Of a stretch of DNA of 64,000 nucleotides, positions 1-13,000 are shown in pieces. The DNA is taken from contig CT868666.1 of NCBI GenBank assembly GCA_000165425.1, forward strand, positions 248,001 through 312,000, written 5' to 3'. Position 1 is the first letter of the stretch. Each line of letters opens with the position of its first letter. The position numbers and the translations under genes were made by a program. The DNA is from Paramecium tetraurelia. Its lineage: Eukaryota. Below the pieces are notes generated by a model that ran no database searches, was not told the DNA's origin, and saw nothing but the letters and a program-made list of their open reading frames with translations.

Positions 1-1
1 G

Positions 2-232
2 ATTTGGAAAGATTTCATTCATTGGATATTAAGTCTTTTAGTCATGGTTGGATATGGACTGACAATTTTTTATGGGTTTTGGGAAATTTTCTTTTGTGGT
101 AAAGGTGTATGCACTCATGAACCATCAAAGAAAAAAGTTCTTGATAACATTGTCTAACGCAAAGATGATAACATTGTCTAAACAAAAGATGAAACAGTAA
201 TTTATGTACTTTAATTATAAAGTGAACCATGA
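2..232 (+). CDS. 3' end of a hypothetical membrane protein (partial)
   Basis: Code-6 frame IWKDFIHWILSLLVMVGYGLTIFYGFWEIFFC...DNIVQRKDDNIVQTKD...QSEP, TGA at 230-232; one hydrophobic segment and a 24-bp internal repeat. Confidence 0.55.
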
Positions 233-1778
233 ATATATTCAATTTAATAGTATAGATTACGTATTTAAAATTATTTAAACTTCTTCTTAATTAATCCTTG
301 ATTCAAAAAATTAATTGTTTTATTACTTCCAAAGAAAGCTAAGTCAAAATAAGCATAAAGCTATAACCCTTGCAATCATCTCCCTCTGTATTTTTGAAGC
401 TAAATATTTAAATTAAAATAATACTTCAACTATTACAATCTACTCTTTGAATTTCAATTTTCTTTCCAAATTTAAATATAGCTTACGTATTAAAAAATGT
501 ATTCTCACTCATATTTATTATTTGATATATCCTCTTATTAAACTTGAGAGTCATAAACTAACTGTATCTATTTGTAATTTTAATTGTAGAGTTCCAAATA
601 AATAAATCAATATGATATTTTTTTAAATAATAAGTATTATAAAAAAAGAAAGTTTGAATTTTATAAAAAAATTGCTCTAATTTTTAAAATATATGATGAG
701 AATGTGCTAGTAGAATCATTGAGCAATTAAATAAAGATAAAACATTATTTATAATATCATCTAAAGATATTAATTTTGGATTTAAGGAAAAGATTATAAA
801 AATCAAAAAGCTTGAAAAATATAATAAAATGGGGATTCTCATCTTATCTTTATTGATTTAATAATTTTTATGATTTCTATGTTTTGATAATTTTGGACTT
901 GAAAGATTTTAATTATTATTTACACTTCCATTTCTTATAAAAAAATTGTTGTATTAAACTTGATTTTTTTGTTAGATTTTGAGAATGTGACAAAAATTAA
1001 TTAGTATTCCTCCATTGTAGTTCTCAAAGACTATCTCCAAATCTCAGCATGACCTGTGCATTAATTAAGTTAGGAAGGATAAATAAGTAGGTATTTTTTG
1101 ACCAAATCCAAATCTATTAAGGTATGAAAACTTTTTGTTTTCTTATATCTGAAAGATCCATTTTTGATTCACTATATAAGACCTATTATATTTTATAATT
1201 TCTATGTTTTTCTAGAAAATTCATAATTTTAGATGATAATAGACTTGTTTATCCCCAAGGAAATTAAGTGTTTATTGCATAGATCTATTAAGAATGGATC
1301 GTTTAAAATCTTGGTTTTTGTTAGATTTTATTGGGAATTGTAAGACTTAACACTTCATCATCAATTTAACCCTGATTATAAAAAGATTTTGATAGAGATT
1401 GACATTCATTTAAACATAGCACTTGTGACAATCAAATTGATTTGATTTTATGCATAATAGAGTTCTAATACATCTTAAAGAATTAATTAAGAATCTACTT
1501 AATTGTTCATGAGAACAAACGATTTCAGTTCTTTAATTTTAATTTGAACCCTATATAAAATAGTTAAAAAATAAACTTATTGGTAAGACTATGATTACTA
1601 AAAATGTGGAATTCATATTTTAAGAATCCTTCTTATATTTTATCATGTGATAAAGAGTATTGGGATAGGTTCTAGAGTGTAAAGATTTGAGGCAAGTTTT
1701 TTAGCGACTGCTTTTGATCTTGATACGATAGTTTAAATTGAGAATAATATTTAATTTGTAAAATATTCAAATTTTGGG

Positions 1779-3357
1779 ATGAATAAAATTTATAGTCAAT
1801 ATAATCTTGAGAGACTACGATTAAAATAATCTGACAAGGATTCATTGAAATTAGAAAGTAATTTAGACATAGTATTTTAAAGGAAGTGATGTGAAAAGGG
1901 GAACTGGAAAGAATGCAATTAGAAAGATCTTTGGAATAGATGAAGGTAGTAAACATGAATATGACATTTATGAGAAGTAATAACTAGATGCATTTAAGAA
2001 AGAGATTGAAGAAGAGAGGGATCTACTCACAGATGAAATAATATTGAGATTCTTATATGCTAATCATTTTGATTTCCCTTAAGCAATTAAAGTAAGTATA
2101 TATACACTTATACATAGCATATGCGAAATCATCAATAATGGCTTTCAGACCCAAACAATTTCAAGTGGTCTCTCAACACTGAGGAAATGATAGTATTTTC
2201 TATTTAATGACTCACTAGAAATAAGGGGCAATATACGTCAGTGGTCGAGGACAAGGATTCAAGCCAATAATAGTGATAAATGCGGATAAGTTTGACATCA
2301 CCATCTATCCAATAGATGACATATTGAGAGCAATTTCAATTGTACTCATGGTTGTTAAAGATTACATGTTAGTGCCTGGGAAGGTGGAGAGTTGGTTTGT
2401 GATTGTTGAAGCCAAGAACACAACTGCATTTTCTGTTCCATTCACTGTATTCCTCCATCTCAAATATGATAGCATTTGAACCAGATTTTCGAAATGTTAA
2501 AGCTAAATTTTCCTTGCTATTTGGAACGAATGTTCATCTTACAACCATAGACATCTATACAGATTACTTGGTAGATTGTTGAATAATTTATTCCTTACAA
2601 TTCGAGACACAAGATTGAATTCGTAACGAATGATTTTTCATTGATGTTCAATTATATCAAACCCAAATAATTGGAATAAAGACATGGAGGCAGAGCACCA
2701 AATGTATATGATTATTGGCCACCTCATGTGGATGACTTTAGTGAAGTTGAGTATTTGATAAAGGAGTAACAAGAAACCAAAAAAATCTAGGAGCAAATCA
2801 ATTAACTCCAAAAAGTAATGCCTTTTTCTTCTTCAATTGATGTGCAAATCTCAAGTCTCTTAAGGAAACAATACAAACCTAAGAATAAGATTTACTAAGA
2901 AGAGACCCATCTAGAAACAACGAATTATTATATGAATAAATCCAATTCCAAAACTGTGTTTTTGAATGCACCCAAAGTCTAGTAGGTTGTTTCAACACAG
3001 CAACGGATTCAGGATCAATACGAAGCACAATAAAAATAAAGGCCTTAAGAGGTCAATGCATCTTTTGAATAACAATTCAATACTAATTACTAGGCCTATC
3101 CATCCCAAACTCAATTCAATCCAAATACTCAATTAAACCAACAAAATTATAGATAACCAGTTTTTCAATCGAGATTTGTTGGATCCAAGACCAAATTAAA
3201 TGAAACCTAGAATTCGTAAATGCTTGGATCCCAAAATTCCAATTTCTAATCCAGATTTGTAGGCCTTAAAACTTAACATCTCTTAATCAAACAAGATGTT
3301 AGTATAATAGCCAACAGAGAGGATCTTATATCACCTTAACATTCATAAATAATGTGA
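1779..3357 (+). CDS. Sec14/CRAL-TRIO lipid-binding domain protein with Q/N-rich C-terminal tail
   Basis: DEIILRFLYANHFD, YVSGRGQGFKPIIVIN, VPGKVESWFVIV, NFPCYLERMFIL, QLEQRHGGRAPN; several ~25-nt GT..AG introns; 5' exon join is inferred. Confidence 0.85.
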
Positions 3358-3384
3358 TTAAATAATAAATAATGTGATTAAATA
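3345..3384. repeat. Exact 20-bp tandem duplication (ataaataatgtgattaaata x2)
   Basis: Visible directly at 3345-3364 and 3365-3384. Confidence 0.9.
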
Positions 3385-3391
3385 ATTAGCA

Positions 3392-4590
3392 ATGATTAAA
3401 AAGTTATTTTATACATTTTCAACTATTTCTAATCCTTATAAAGTTTTAGGTATAAATAAGGGTGCTTCACAACAAGAATTTAAATAAGCATATTATAATT
3501 AGGCTTAGCACTGTCCTCCTGATAATAACTCACAGAAGGATGCTGCTATAATGTTCACTCAGGTGAATAATGCTTACGAGATTCGATAGGATGATGTAAT
3601 AATGTTTCTAAATAAAAGAAAAATATATGATACTTGTGATAATAGTAATGATTAAGATTTTAAAGATGAGTTGAGAGGCAATTCTAATTGTTATTAATAA
3701 AAAGCAAGGAGGAAATAATCCAAGGGTAAATATTATTCAAAATTTCATTTAGCAGAATACAAGTCAATATTCAATGAGTTCGATCAATTCCTCCATTAGA
3801 AGCATGGTATAAAGAGAGCATATTATGAAAAGAAAAAAATAGATGATATACAATTAGAATTTAAATTGAGTTTCCCAGATACTGTTTTTGGGGGAAAGCA
3901 TAAACTATAATAAAGAGTATAGAAATCATGTGAAACTTATAATAGATGTGTATCAGGATAATCAGCTTGAAAATGTTTTTCTTGTGGTGGATTAGGATTG
4001 TTGTTCAGATAGAGGTAGTTCGATGGAAATAAAGTGTACTAAGAGTGATGGATGGGGTAAGGTAGTCAGAGACCCTTGTAAAATATGCGAGGGGAGTGGA
4101 ATAGTTGAAAAAGAATTCGATATTGAAATAGAATTAGCAAAGGGAATGAAAAATGGAACCATAATCAGATAGTCAAGTTATGGTCATGCAGTATTTAATT
4201 TAGTTGATAGTAGAGTAGAATGAATGCTCAGGAGAACCAGAAGATTTGTTGATTGAGGTGGAAGTTCAAGAGGATGATAATTGAGGAGAGATAGTAATAA
4301 TATCATAAGTGATTTAGAGTTGAGTGTGAGCAAGATAGTTTGAGGAGGTAAGAGGCAGATTCAAACTATTTTGGGAGCTTTAGAGGTTGGGACATTGATT
4401 GATAAAGTAGGTTTCGATTCCAAGGGCATAATTGCCTAGGACCAAGTTGTAAATCTCACTGTATGGAATTCAAAATGGGGAATAGCAATGGAAGAAGAGA
4501 GACCATATAGTGATTTTAAACTTGGAGATTCCATAACAGGTGAATGAGAGAAGCAAACAATTATATTATGAACTTTTAAAGCAATTATGA
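3392..4590 (+). pseudogene. Decaying type I DnaJ/Hsp40 gene
   Basis: J domain NPYKVLGINKGASQQEFKQAY with HPD changed to PPD (3515-3523); zinc-finger repeats CFSCGGLG and CKICEGSG intact, others degenerate (CETY, CTKSDG); in-frame TGA at 3968-3970 plus further stops/frameshifts. Confidence 0.8.
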
Positions 4591-4629
4591 TTGGGAAATC
4601 CGTTTTTGTTTTGTGTTATTAATAATATA

Positions 4630-6306
4630 ATGAAGTGGACACTGATTATAGTGGCTCTTTGCATGTATTCGTTGCATGCAAATTCAGATCTTGATACTGT
4701 CAAACAACTGTTGACAGATTTGAAAACTAATGTGTAATTAGACATCGAGGCTTTGGATGCAGCTTGGGAATTGCATAAGAAAAATAAGCAATCGATTATA
4801 GATGCCTTAGGTTTCTCAGCATCAGAGCAAAGAAGTGAATGCGCAAAGAAAGATGAAGATGTTTAAAGCAAATAGAGGGATATCAAAATAACTAATGATT
4901 TCGTAGCTTGGATGTAAAAAAGATAAGGATTGAATTCTCAAAGATTAGGTGTTTTGGAAGTTAATAGGTACATACATCATCTATCATTAGATGTTAAGCA
5001 AGCAACAATTACGTACATGATATCAAGAATTACAAAATTGCATTAGCTTTAGTCAAATTCTTGAGAGAATAATTGGACAAACTTGATTCTAATGCTACAC
5101 CTGCCCAAAAACAAGAATTTTTATAAAAAGTACACAAATTCGTGTAGATCTATCAAACAGGCAAGCTCTTAACTATGGTTGAACAAATTTAAATGAATGA
5201 GGATGGTTCCTACGTATTACCAAGCATCGAAGGCGACGAATAAGATCTTACTGAATCAGCACTTACTCAAACAAGAGGAAAGAGAAATGCCAATAAAGTG
5301 CTCCTTCAATAATAATAGACTACTGTCATATCATCAAGTGATGGTGATGATAAGGCTGATAGTGCAGTTGTCCTTATTCCTAGTCAATGTGATGATTCTA
5401 TTAACACTGTTATTGTTGTCTAAAATGATGATGGCACAGGTGGTGATGATGATTTACACATTAAATTCACCAATGGAGGAGGTTCAGGAACATAAGGAGG
5501 ACCTTCAAAACCCAAGCCATAGCCAAAACCATAACCAAAGCCAGAACCAAAGCCAGAACCAAAATAAGAGGAAGACGACACAGAAGAAGAGGCTGAAGGA
5601 GAAGAAGATTCTGGAGAAGACAATGGATAACATACAGATGAACCTGCAGGAGAAGAAGAATCTAATGATGATAGTAAAACAGATGAACAACCCGTCAGTC
5701 CAACCGGAGAAGAAGAATCACATGATGATGGAAATGACAATGGAGATAACAATGGTGATAATAATGGAGATAACAGTAATGGTGGAGATTCAAAATAAGA
5801 TAATAAAGATAATGGCGGTTAAAAATAAACACAAGAAGAAGAAGAAGATTTAAGCGTATAAATATCTTTTAATTCATTTCTAGGATATCAGAAAAGTATT
5901 GGATGCAATTGAAAAACATTCCAAAAAATCACTAGATTTGGAATAAGAAGATGAAGTTAGAAGTTCTATGATCTACATTGACTTTAAATTACATATTGAA
6001 TTGGAAAATCAACACTTTGATAAGCAAATTGCTGGAGAAAAAGAAAACCTTGTACTAATTTTATATAATTCTAGATCAAACTCACAAATCAATTGACCAG
6101 CAGAGTTGGTATTGCCAGACAATGCAATGCAAGACTCAAGCAAATCGATATAGCTTATTAAGTTAGCTCAGATGTAATTATCGAATACTTATTCTTAGGA
6201 TTACAATGATTCATATTAACATTACTTGGAACTTAGAAAACAAAAGGAGGAAGAGCTAGCAACCTTTGATGACATATATAGAATTTATACCTCTTAGGTT
6301 GTTTGA
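4630..6306 (+). CDS. Secreted trichocyst matrix protein (TMP/GRL)-like precursor with long acidic spacer
   Basis: Signal peptide MKWTLIIVALCMYSLHA; two heptad-rich helical blocks with sparse Cys flanking a basic site (TRGKR) and a D/E/G/N-rich spacer with PKPQ/PKPE repeats; 4 tiny introns. Confidence 0.7.
5506..5565 (+). repeat. 12-bp coding tandem repeat (PKPQ/PKPE)
   Basis: ccaaagccagaa-like units in tandem. Confidence 0.85.
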
Positions 6307-6650
6307 ATTTTACACCATAAATCATAAAATTATTGAATTTTATAATTATAAATACTAATCCTTCCCTTGCGGACTTCTGATGATTGAATTATTAGACATT
6401 GAATTTCCATTATCTATAGTAATTATAGTTTATTTTCTCAGTCTTTTTTAAACAAAATTTATTAGATTAATTTCTGACTTAAATATCTTGACACATTGGT
6501 TAAATTTTATACTTTTTCGTAAATCAAAATTAGTTCTATAGAAATACACCCAAAGAATACTCTATCATATTATAACCTGCGATAGGAGCGAAATAGATTT
6601 TAGTATTATAAACAGCTTCGTCCATATTGATTTACAATAATAATTTTATA

Positions 6651-7632
6651 ATGTCAATAACTGTTTCGACCTGCCAATAGATTTGTTAATCCCCTTTGAA
6701 CCTTAGTCCTTCAAAGAATTTGTGGACTTTCTCCAAATCAGAGAGATTTGGCAAATTAGCCAATCCCACATTGTAATTAATTGTGATGTCAATTTTAGTT
6801 GCTAATAAGCATTTTACAATCTTCCCGCAATGATAGAAAAAAGATCAGCAGGAATTGGCAAAGGCAGCAAGTATTAAATAATACTAAATCACAGGATTGA
6901 TTTCACCAAAGTGGTTGTTCCAAGTCCCTCTCCTTAGCAATATGATTTGGGCAGTGATGTTTAAAATAATCTGAAAAAGAACAAGGGATATAAATTTGGT
7001 GTGAGTAGAGATAAAATGGCCAGCACAGGCATTCTTGGTACCCTAAATCTCAAGACTCCAGGTTAAAACTCATCAATTAAACCTAATAGCACCTGGAACT
7101 TACGACTTGGGAAACACATTGAGTGATATTAGATACACTATGAGACCTAAACCATAAAAAAGCTCATTAATCTCTAATGCCAAAGTCCCAGGACCAGGAT
7201 AATATGAATCATTACCAGCTATCAATGAAAAGGGGAGATATCCAATCTCAAAATATAACAATTCGTGTGCTACTTTATTCAATCCAAAATCATCAAAAAG
7301 ATTTACCACTGATTATTGTAAGAATGAGTCCCTCTCTTATGTTATTAGCTACTAAAGTACCAGGTCCAGGATAATATGGACTTGACAAGACAGGAATCCA
7401 ATAAGTATAATAGTTCAACTATTAAATAGGATGGCAGATATTTTGTATCCAAATTCCACGACTCGAATGTGAGAAGCTTTCCTAAAGAAGCCAGGAGAAC
7501 AGGATCTAATGAAAAAAGTAAATAATTGGATTATAATCAGATTAAACACCTGCTCCTGGCAATTATAGATTGCCATCTGAATTTGGCTATTACGAGGCTA
7601 GCAAAAGCGTTGGACACACTGAACCCAAATGA
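6651..7632 (+). CDS. Sperm-tail PG-rich (STPGR/SHIPPO) repeat protein, ODF3-like
   Basis: Repeated PSPQQY, PAPGTY, PGPGQY (x2) and PAPGNY motifs; several tiny introns. Confidence 0.85.
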
Positions 7633-7809
7633 ACAATAATATTATTACAATTAACAATCAATATAGATTTCCGACAATCTCCTTCTAGAAGGAATAAAAA
7701 TGAGTTATCTTCGAAATACTGTTAATTTCAATATTAAGTTTTGATCCAAATCTAATCCTAATGATTAAATCGAGAATGCATTAATATTATATAAATATTT
7801 AATTTATAA

Positions 7810-8345
7810 ATGGATCAAATACCTTAAGAAGAGGTCGATGAAGAGCAATAATTGGAAAATGAGATCAAAAATATCTCAGCTCTCTCTATTTAATTAGTTT
7901 GGAAGAAGTACAAAACTCTTAAGGCCATACGACAAACAGTAAAATCTAAAAGAGAGCCTGTGGTTGCATATTACTCTTCCATAGCCACAAATTAAAAGAT
8001 CAGAAGCGACCAAATGCAACTCTTTCACATGTTGAAAGTCAAGAACATCAAATTCTATAAATTCGATCTGGTCGATAATAAAATGGCCCAAGGGTGGGTC
8101 AAGGATATTTTGAATCGTTATCAGTTGCCATTCGTCACCATCAATAATATCTTTGTTGGAGGGTATGATGAATTCTAGATCTTGTATGAATTGGAACTCT
8201 TGCCTCGCATAATCAAGAAAGGTAATAGAAAACAGGCTATATTTTAATAGATTATGAACGGGAATGCATATTGTGTGATGAACCAAAAGAAGGAGATGAG
8301 TGCCCGAATTGTAAAAAGCCTTTTGATTTCTTCAGGAAAGACTGA
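7810..8345 (+). CDS. SH3BGR/glutaredoxin-like protein with IQ-like segment and C-terminal CxxC-CxxC
   Basis: SALSIQLVWKKYK; VVAYYSSIATNQKIRSDQMQLFHML; LPFVTINNIFVGGYDEF; CILC...CPNC; one intron. Confidence 0.75.
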
Positions 8346-8362
8346 GTTATATAATATAAATA

Positions 8363-10028
8363 ATGAATTTCAGTCTCCCGGATGCTCTCAATTTAATAAA
8401 GGAGGGCAGAGCCAATGAAGCTGTTGATCAGCTAAACAAATTCATTGAGTGTTTACAACCTTTAAGTCCCTAGACATAACTCTTGGGTCAATAACTTGGC
8501 ATCGATTTAGAATTTTTTAGAATTGTGAAATTCTCTGATTTTTATGATCCTGATCCATAAGTCTAAGCCTTACGCTTCAAATATTATGCTTACAAAATTG
8601 CAAGTATATATTGATTACAAAAATAGAGTGGGGTTATTAAATTATCCAATAGAAGAGGAAGGTTAAAAGAAGACATGATTTAATTGAGAAGTCTGAATAG
8701 TTTGGAATTTAGAATGAGATTGGACGTACTTTTGGAGTGGATAATGAATCGAAATAATATGCTGAGTCAAGAATTCAAATGATGTCTGACAAATTGTAGA
8801 AGAAAAAATAAATTTATCAGAAATAATTATTATTTCAATTGGATGTAGAGAAGAGGAGAACTGATTATAAATTATAACAAGATGATAAAATAGAGAAAGT
8901 TAGAAAAGCCTTAAAAACAGATTATGATAATAAAATTTAACCTGTAAAGGAACATTTGGAGATCGTAAATGAGAAATTAAAGAGTAATCACAAAATGAAA
9001 AAGAAGTAAGAAGATGATTTGATTAACAAAAGAACTGAATTACTAAAAAATGCTTCATTGATGTATTTAATTAATGTTATCAAAGAGATGAGAAAATACA
9101 TAAACTCGAAGAGATGAGAAGAAATCAAATAGAACACATGAAAAATGCAAGATAAATGAAAAAGCAAAGACAACACTCCTTCCAAGAAAAATAAAATTAA
9201 AAATATGAAGAATATCTTGAAAAAATGAAACTGAAATTAGAATAAAGACGTATAGATATCTAATATTCAATTTAATAGGCATTGTTGACGTCCATTTTGA
9301 ATCGCATAAAGATTTTGGCAGGAGATAAGTACCAGATGACTTTGAAAAAAATTTAGAAAATGTAATCAATAAATACTCAAAATAATAACCAATAATTAAT
9401 AATTTATTAGCCAAACAAATTGAATAGATACAAACTAAAAAGTCTGTCGATAGTGAAAAATTCAAAAAAGTTAAATAGAATTTACAATAAGATCATCCGC
9501 ATAAAATAGAATCGCGTGATGTTGCTGAGGTTATTGTAAGGAAAGAAAAAAAATTATAAGAAGAGACAATCTTGAGAAAAGAAACTTCTTAATAAAGAGT
9601 TCTTAATTTTCTACAAAATCGTTAATAATTATAGAGATTGCAGTCTTAATAAATCGATAGATACAATGCCTTTTTCTCAAGATAAACTACTCGATTAAAG
9701 AATATGAGAACGACTAATGAGCAAATGAAATCTACTGTCAAGTATGTATATCTATTTGAATACTAGCTTTGCCTTAATGTAAGCAAATAAGATCGAAGAA
9801 CAGACAGCATTAAAAATGTCTAGAGCAATTCAATTAATCAATGATCCAGATTTACAAATGTAATTCAAACCTAATGAAAAACTAACAACTCAGTAAAAAA
9901 TCGCTAAGAAAAAGCAAGAGGAAATGCAATCGCTATTAAAATCATTTGTTACTAGTGAAGTTGATTTGCTAAGATTTTCTAAATCCGTGACAGAAGTTAA
10001 AAATGATGAAAATTAATAATAAAAATGA
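8363..10028 (+). CDS. Hypothetical coiled-coil protein
   Basis: Long code-6 frame rich in K/E/Q with several tiny introns; TGA at 10026-10028. Confidence 0.7.
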
Positions 10029-10042
10029 TATTATGTATATTA

Positions 10043-10590
10043 TCATTGTTCTATTATGATGTACTCTGCCTTTTTAATTTTTTATTTTAAGCAAAATAAA
10101 CAACCACCAATTAATAAGAAAAACGTCAGAATAGGTATGATGATGATGGCTGTCAATTCAGGATTTTTAATTGAAAACCACTAATTTAAATATTGATTTA
10201 CTTTTTTCGTTCTGGACAACAACAGTGTTCAGAATTATCTAAAGTTACATTCAGTGTGCATTGATAAGGAGAAAGATCAGATGTCCCCTTCTTTTCAATA
10301 GTTGAATTTCCAACATCTCTCTCTTAATTAAAAAACTCCTCGTCATCCACAATATCATTACAAGTTAATTTTACCAAAAAGTAATAGGAGTTTGAATCGA
10401 CCTTTGAATTTAAGTCTGGGTTTCCAATTTCAATTTATTTGCACGATTCACTAATTGAAAATTTTTTGCCTTAATTATTTTAAAATTCTCGTCCATTCTT
10501 AGTCAATTAATAGCCAAGTGTTGATATGACTTCTCCTTAGCTGCCTTCAATGTTGACCATAAGAAATAACAAATTTAATATGATTATCAT
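10043..10590 (-). CDS. Small single-pass membrane protein
   Basis: Signal-like MIIILNLLFLMVNIEG; C-terminal TM LTAIIIIPILTFFLLIGGCLFCL, then KIKKAEYIIIEQ-stop; internal splicing not fully resolved. Confidence 0.55.
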
Positions 10591-10631
10591 TTTAATTTAA
10601 TATATTAATTTTATAAAGCATTAATATTGTT

Positions 10632-12773
10632 TCATTGCTACTGTTTTTATTATTCTAAATATGAATTGTACAACTTATTCTATTTTTCCCATAACTCTTA
10701 AACCACCTTTTTCTATTTCTTAGATAATTCATTTCCATCCTTATCTTTAGTTGGTAAGCCAGTTTCATCAAATTCTGAATATTTATCTGCTTGCTAAGAA
10801 AAGAATTCTTTTGGACTTAGTTTAGCCTTCTCCAGCTTCTCTTATTCTTCTTTTTTCTTCTATTGTTCCTTTTATTAAAGTAGAACCTATTGTTATTCTC
10901 TTTCCAATTTCAATTCTTAAACATCATATTATTTCCAAACTGAAGCCTAATTTATAATAATAAAATTAATACTTAATCTTTATCTTTGTCTTCTATTTTG
11001 ATTCCTAAATTGAATAATTGTTAATCTCTGAGTTTATCACATAACTAAAATATTTATTACTTGTTTTTGTTTTGAGATGCAACCAATACTTCTTATTAAA
11101 ATTGGTTGATAGCATCTACCAAGTGGTTTGAAATGTTCTTCTCATATTCTAATTACTTTTACGATACAGCATTAGTAATAGATTCAAAATCATTGTTTCT
11201 AGCTGCCACCTTCACTTTATCTCTTATAGAGCAAACCTATTCCATCAATGGCTGGATATCTATTTGATTTGAAAATAATGTTTGGTAATTAATTCCCAAA
11301 AGCTACAATGTATTACAACAATACTTACTCCAAAAATAAAGTTAACATAATTAACCACACTGCTAATAAGTGGTGCTCTGACATTTTTAGCTGCGATCTA
11401 AATATTAACCTAATTTATTAATTTGTCAGTGGCATCCACAACTGTTGGAAAATCAAAGTTGTTTGTTAATGCTTAATGAATGATCTGCTTAGTCGATCTA
11501 AACAAAGCACTTAACTGAAAGTCATTTTCTGTCCACTTTTAAGCATCAGTTACCTAAGATTATCTAAGATAGATCTTTGTATTTTAGAAGAATTCCTAAT
11601 ATGATTTATCCTTTGCAATAGCCTGCTCCATTTGTTCCTCTGAATAATTTTGAGGAGCATCATATTGATGAATTGCGAAGTTCAAACGCACTTGTCTAGG
11701 AGTATATCTCTTAAGAACTTCCTCGATGGTCATAAAATTTTTGAGGGATTTTGACATCTTTCTGTCGGCTATATTTAAATGTCCAAGATGTATAAAATAG
11801 TTGATCCATTGCTCACAATTAAAACATGCTTCAGCTTATGCCAAAGAATTATCATGATGTGGGAACAATAAATCAATACCTCCAGCATGTAGATCGATTG
11901 GGTTTCCCAATATTGCACTAGCCATAACAGAACATTCAATATGCCATCCAGGTCTGCCTTCTCCCCAAGGACTTTGCCATTTTGGTTCCTCAGGTTTACT
12001 TGCCTTCCATAATGCGAAGTCATATGGACTTTTCTTTTCTGATTACTTATTTACTTAGGACTCACCCTCTCCTTCCTAAAGTAATTCAGCGTTCACTTCT
12101 GGTCTCATCTTTGGGTAGGTGTGCTAATTAAAAAATCAAATTATAATTTTATACTCCATCGGCTATATATTTTTAAACTTCAAAATAAACACTGCCGTTA
12201 CTTTCATAGGCATACCCATTTGAAATGATTTTTTAAATGAAAGTAACAATCTCAGGAACATAATCGCTGACTCTAGTGATTACATCAGGAAGTTCAATAT
12301 TCAGAGCCTCCATGGCATCAAAGAAATCCTTCTCCCATACTTTTGTAAATTCAAGGAAATCCTGTTTTGCGGCATTAGCTCCTGTGATAATCTTATCATC
12401 TATGTCTGTAATGTTCATAACACTCAGCAGATCATAGTGAAAATAGTCTCTCAAGGTCCTTCTTATTACATCAATTCCTAAGTAGGTTCTAGTGAGGGAT
12501 GAGATAACTAACAATACCTTGCATGACCCAAATGAGAATTACTATACACAGTGGGACCACAATAATAGAAGCTTTGGATTATTTTTGAAAATACTTCACT
12601 TGTCTACCATTTATTGGGATAAATGGCACTAACTCAGAACCTTTCAACGAGTTGGCCAGTTTCAATCCAGTAACATAAGAATCTTCTTTGGCTTCTGGCA
12701 CTTTGTAATGAGCAAATGGAACTTTTGATTGCTGCATAAAAATATTAATAGATCTTGAAGCAAGCTTAATCAT
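10632..12773 (-). CDS. CARS: Cysteinyl-tRNA synthetase
   Basis: [51 protein letters not shown] and KMSKSLKNF motifs. Confidence 0.97.
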
Positions 12774-13000
12774 TTATGAAGTTAAAATTACCGAGGCATT
12801 AATAGAATTTAAAGGTTGACATATGTTCATATAAGTGCATCATTTAAATAATATTAATTCTAATAAAATTTGTCATAATTAATCATTAGTACGAACCGAA
12901 ACAACTGTTTAATAAGTCATATATTGTAATATATATTAAATTTAATCGTACAAATAATTTATAATTCGAGATTGTAAATAATTATAATTTATCATTCGAT

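Noticed and set aside
3345..3384. TA-containing repeat as a retained IES
   Set aside because: The unit is 20 bp, below the 26-bp minimum Paramecium IES size, and is a simple direct duplication
3968..3970. In-frame TGA next to a CxxC as possible selenocysteine or readthrough
   Set aside because: It is not at a Cys position, and the gene also has frameshifts, other stops and a lost HPD, so pseudogenisation explains it
5197..5853. 218-aa plus-strand ORF and overlapping minus ORFs in the track
   Set aside because: Wrong-frame or antisense shadows of the acidic spacer of the gene at 4630-6306
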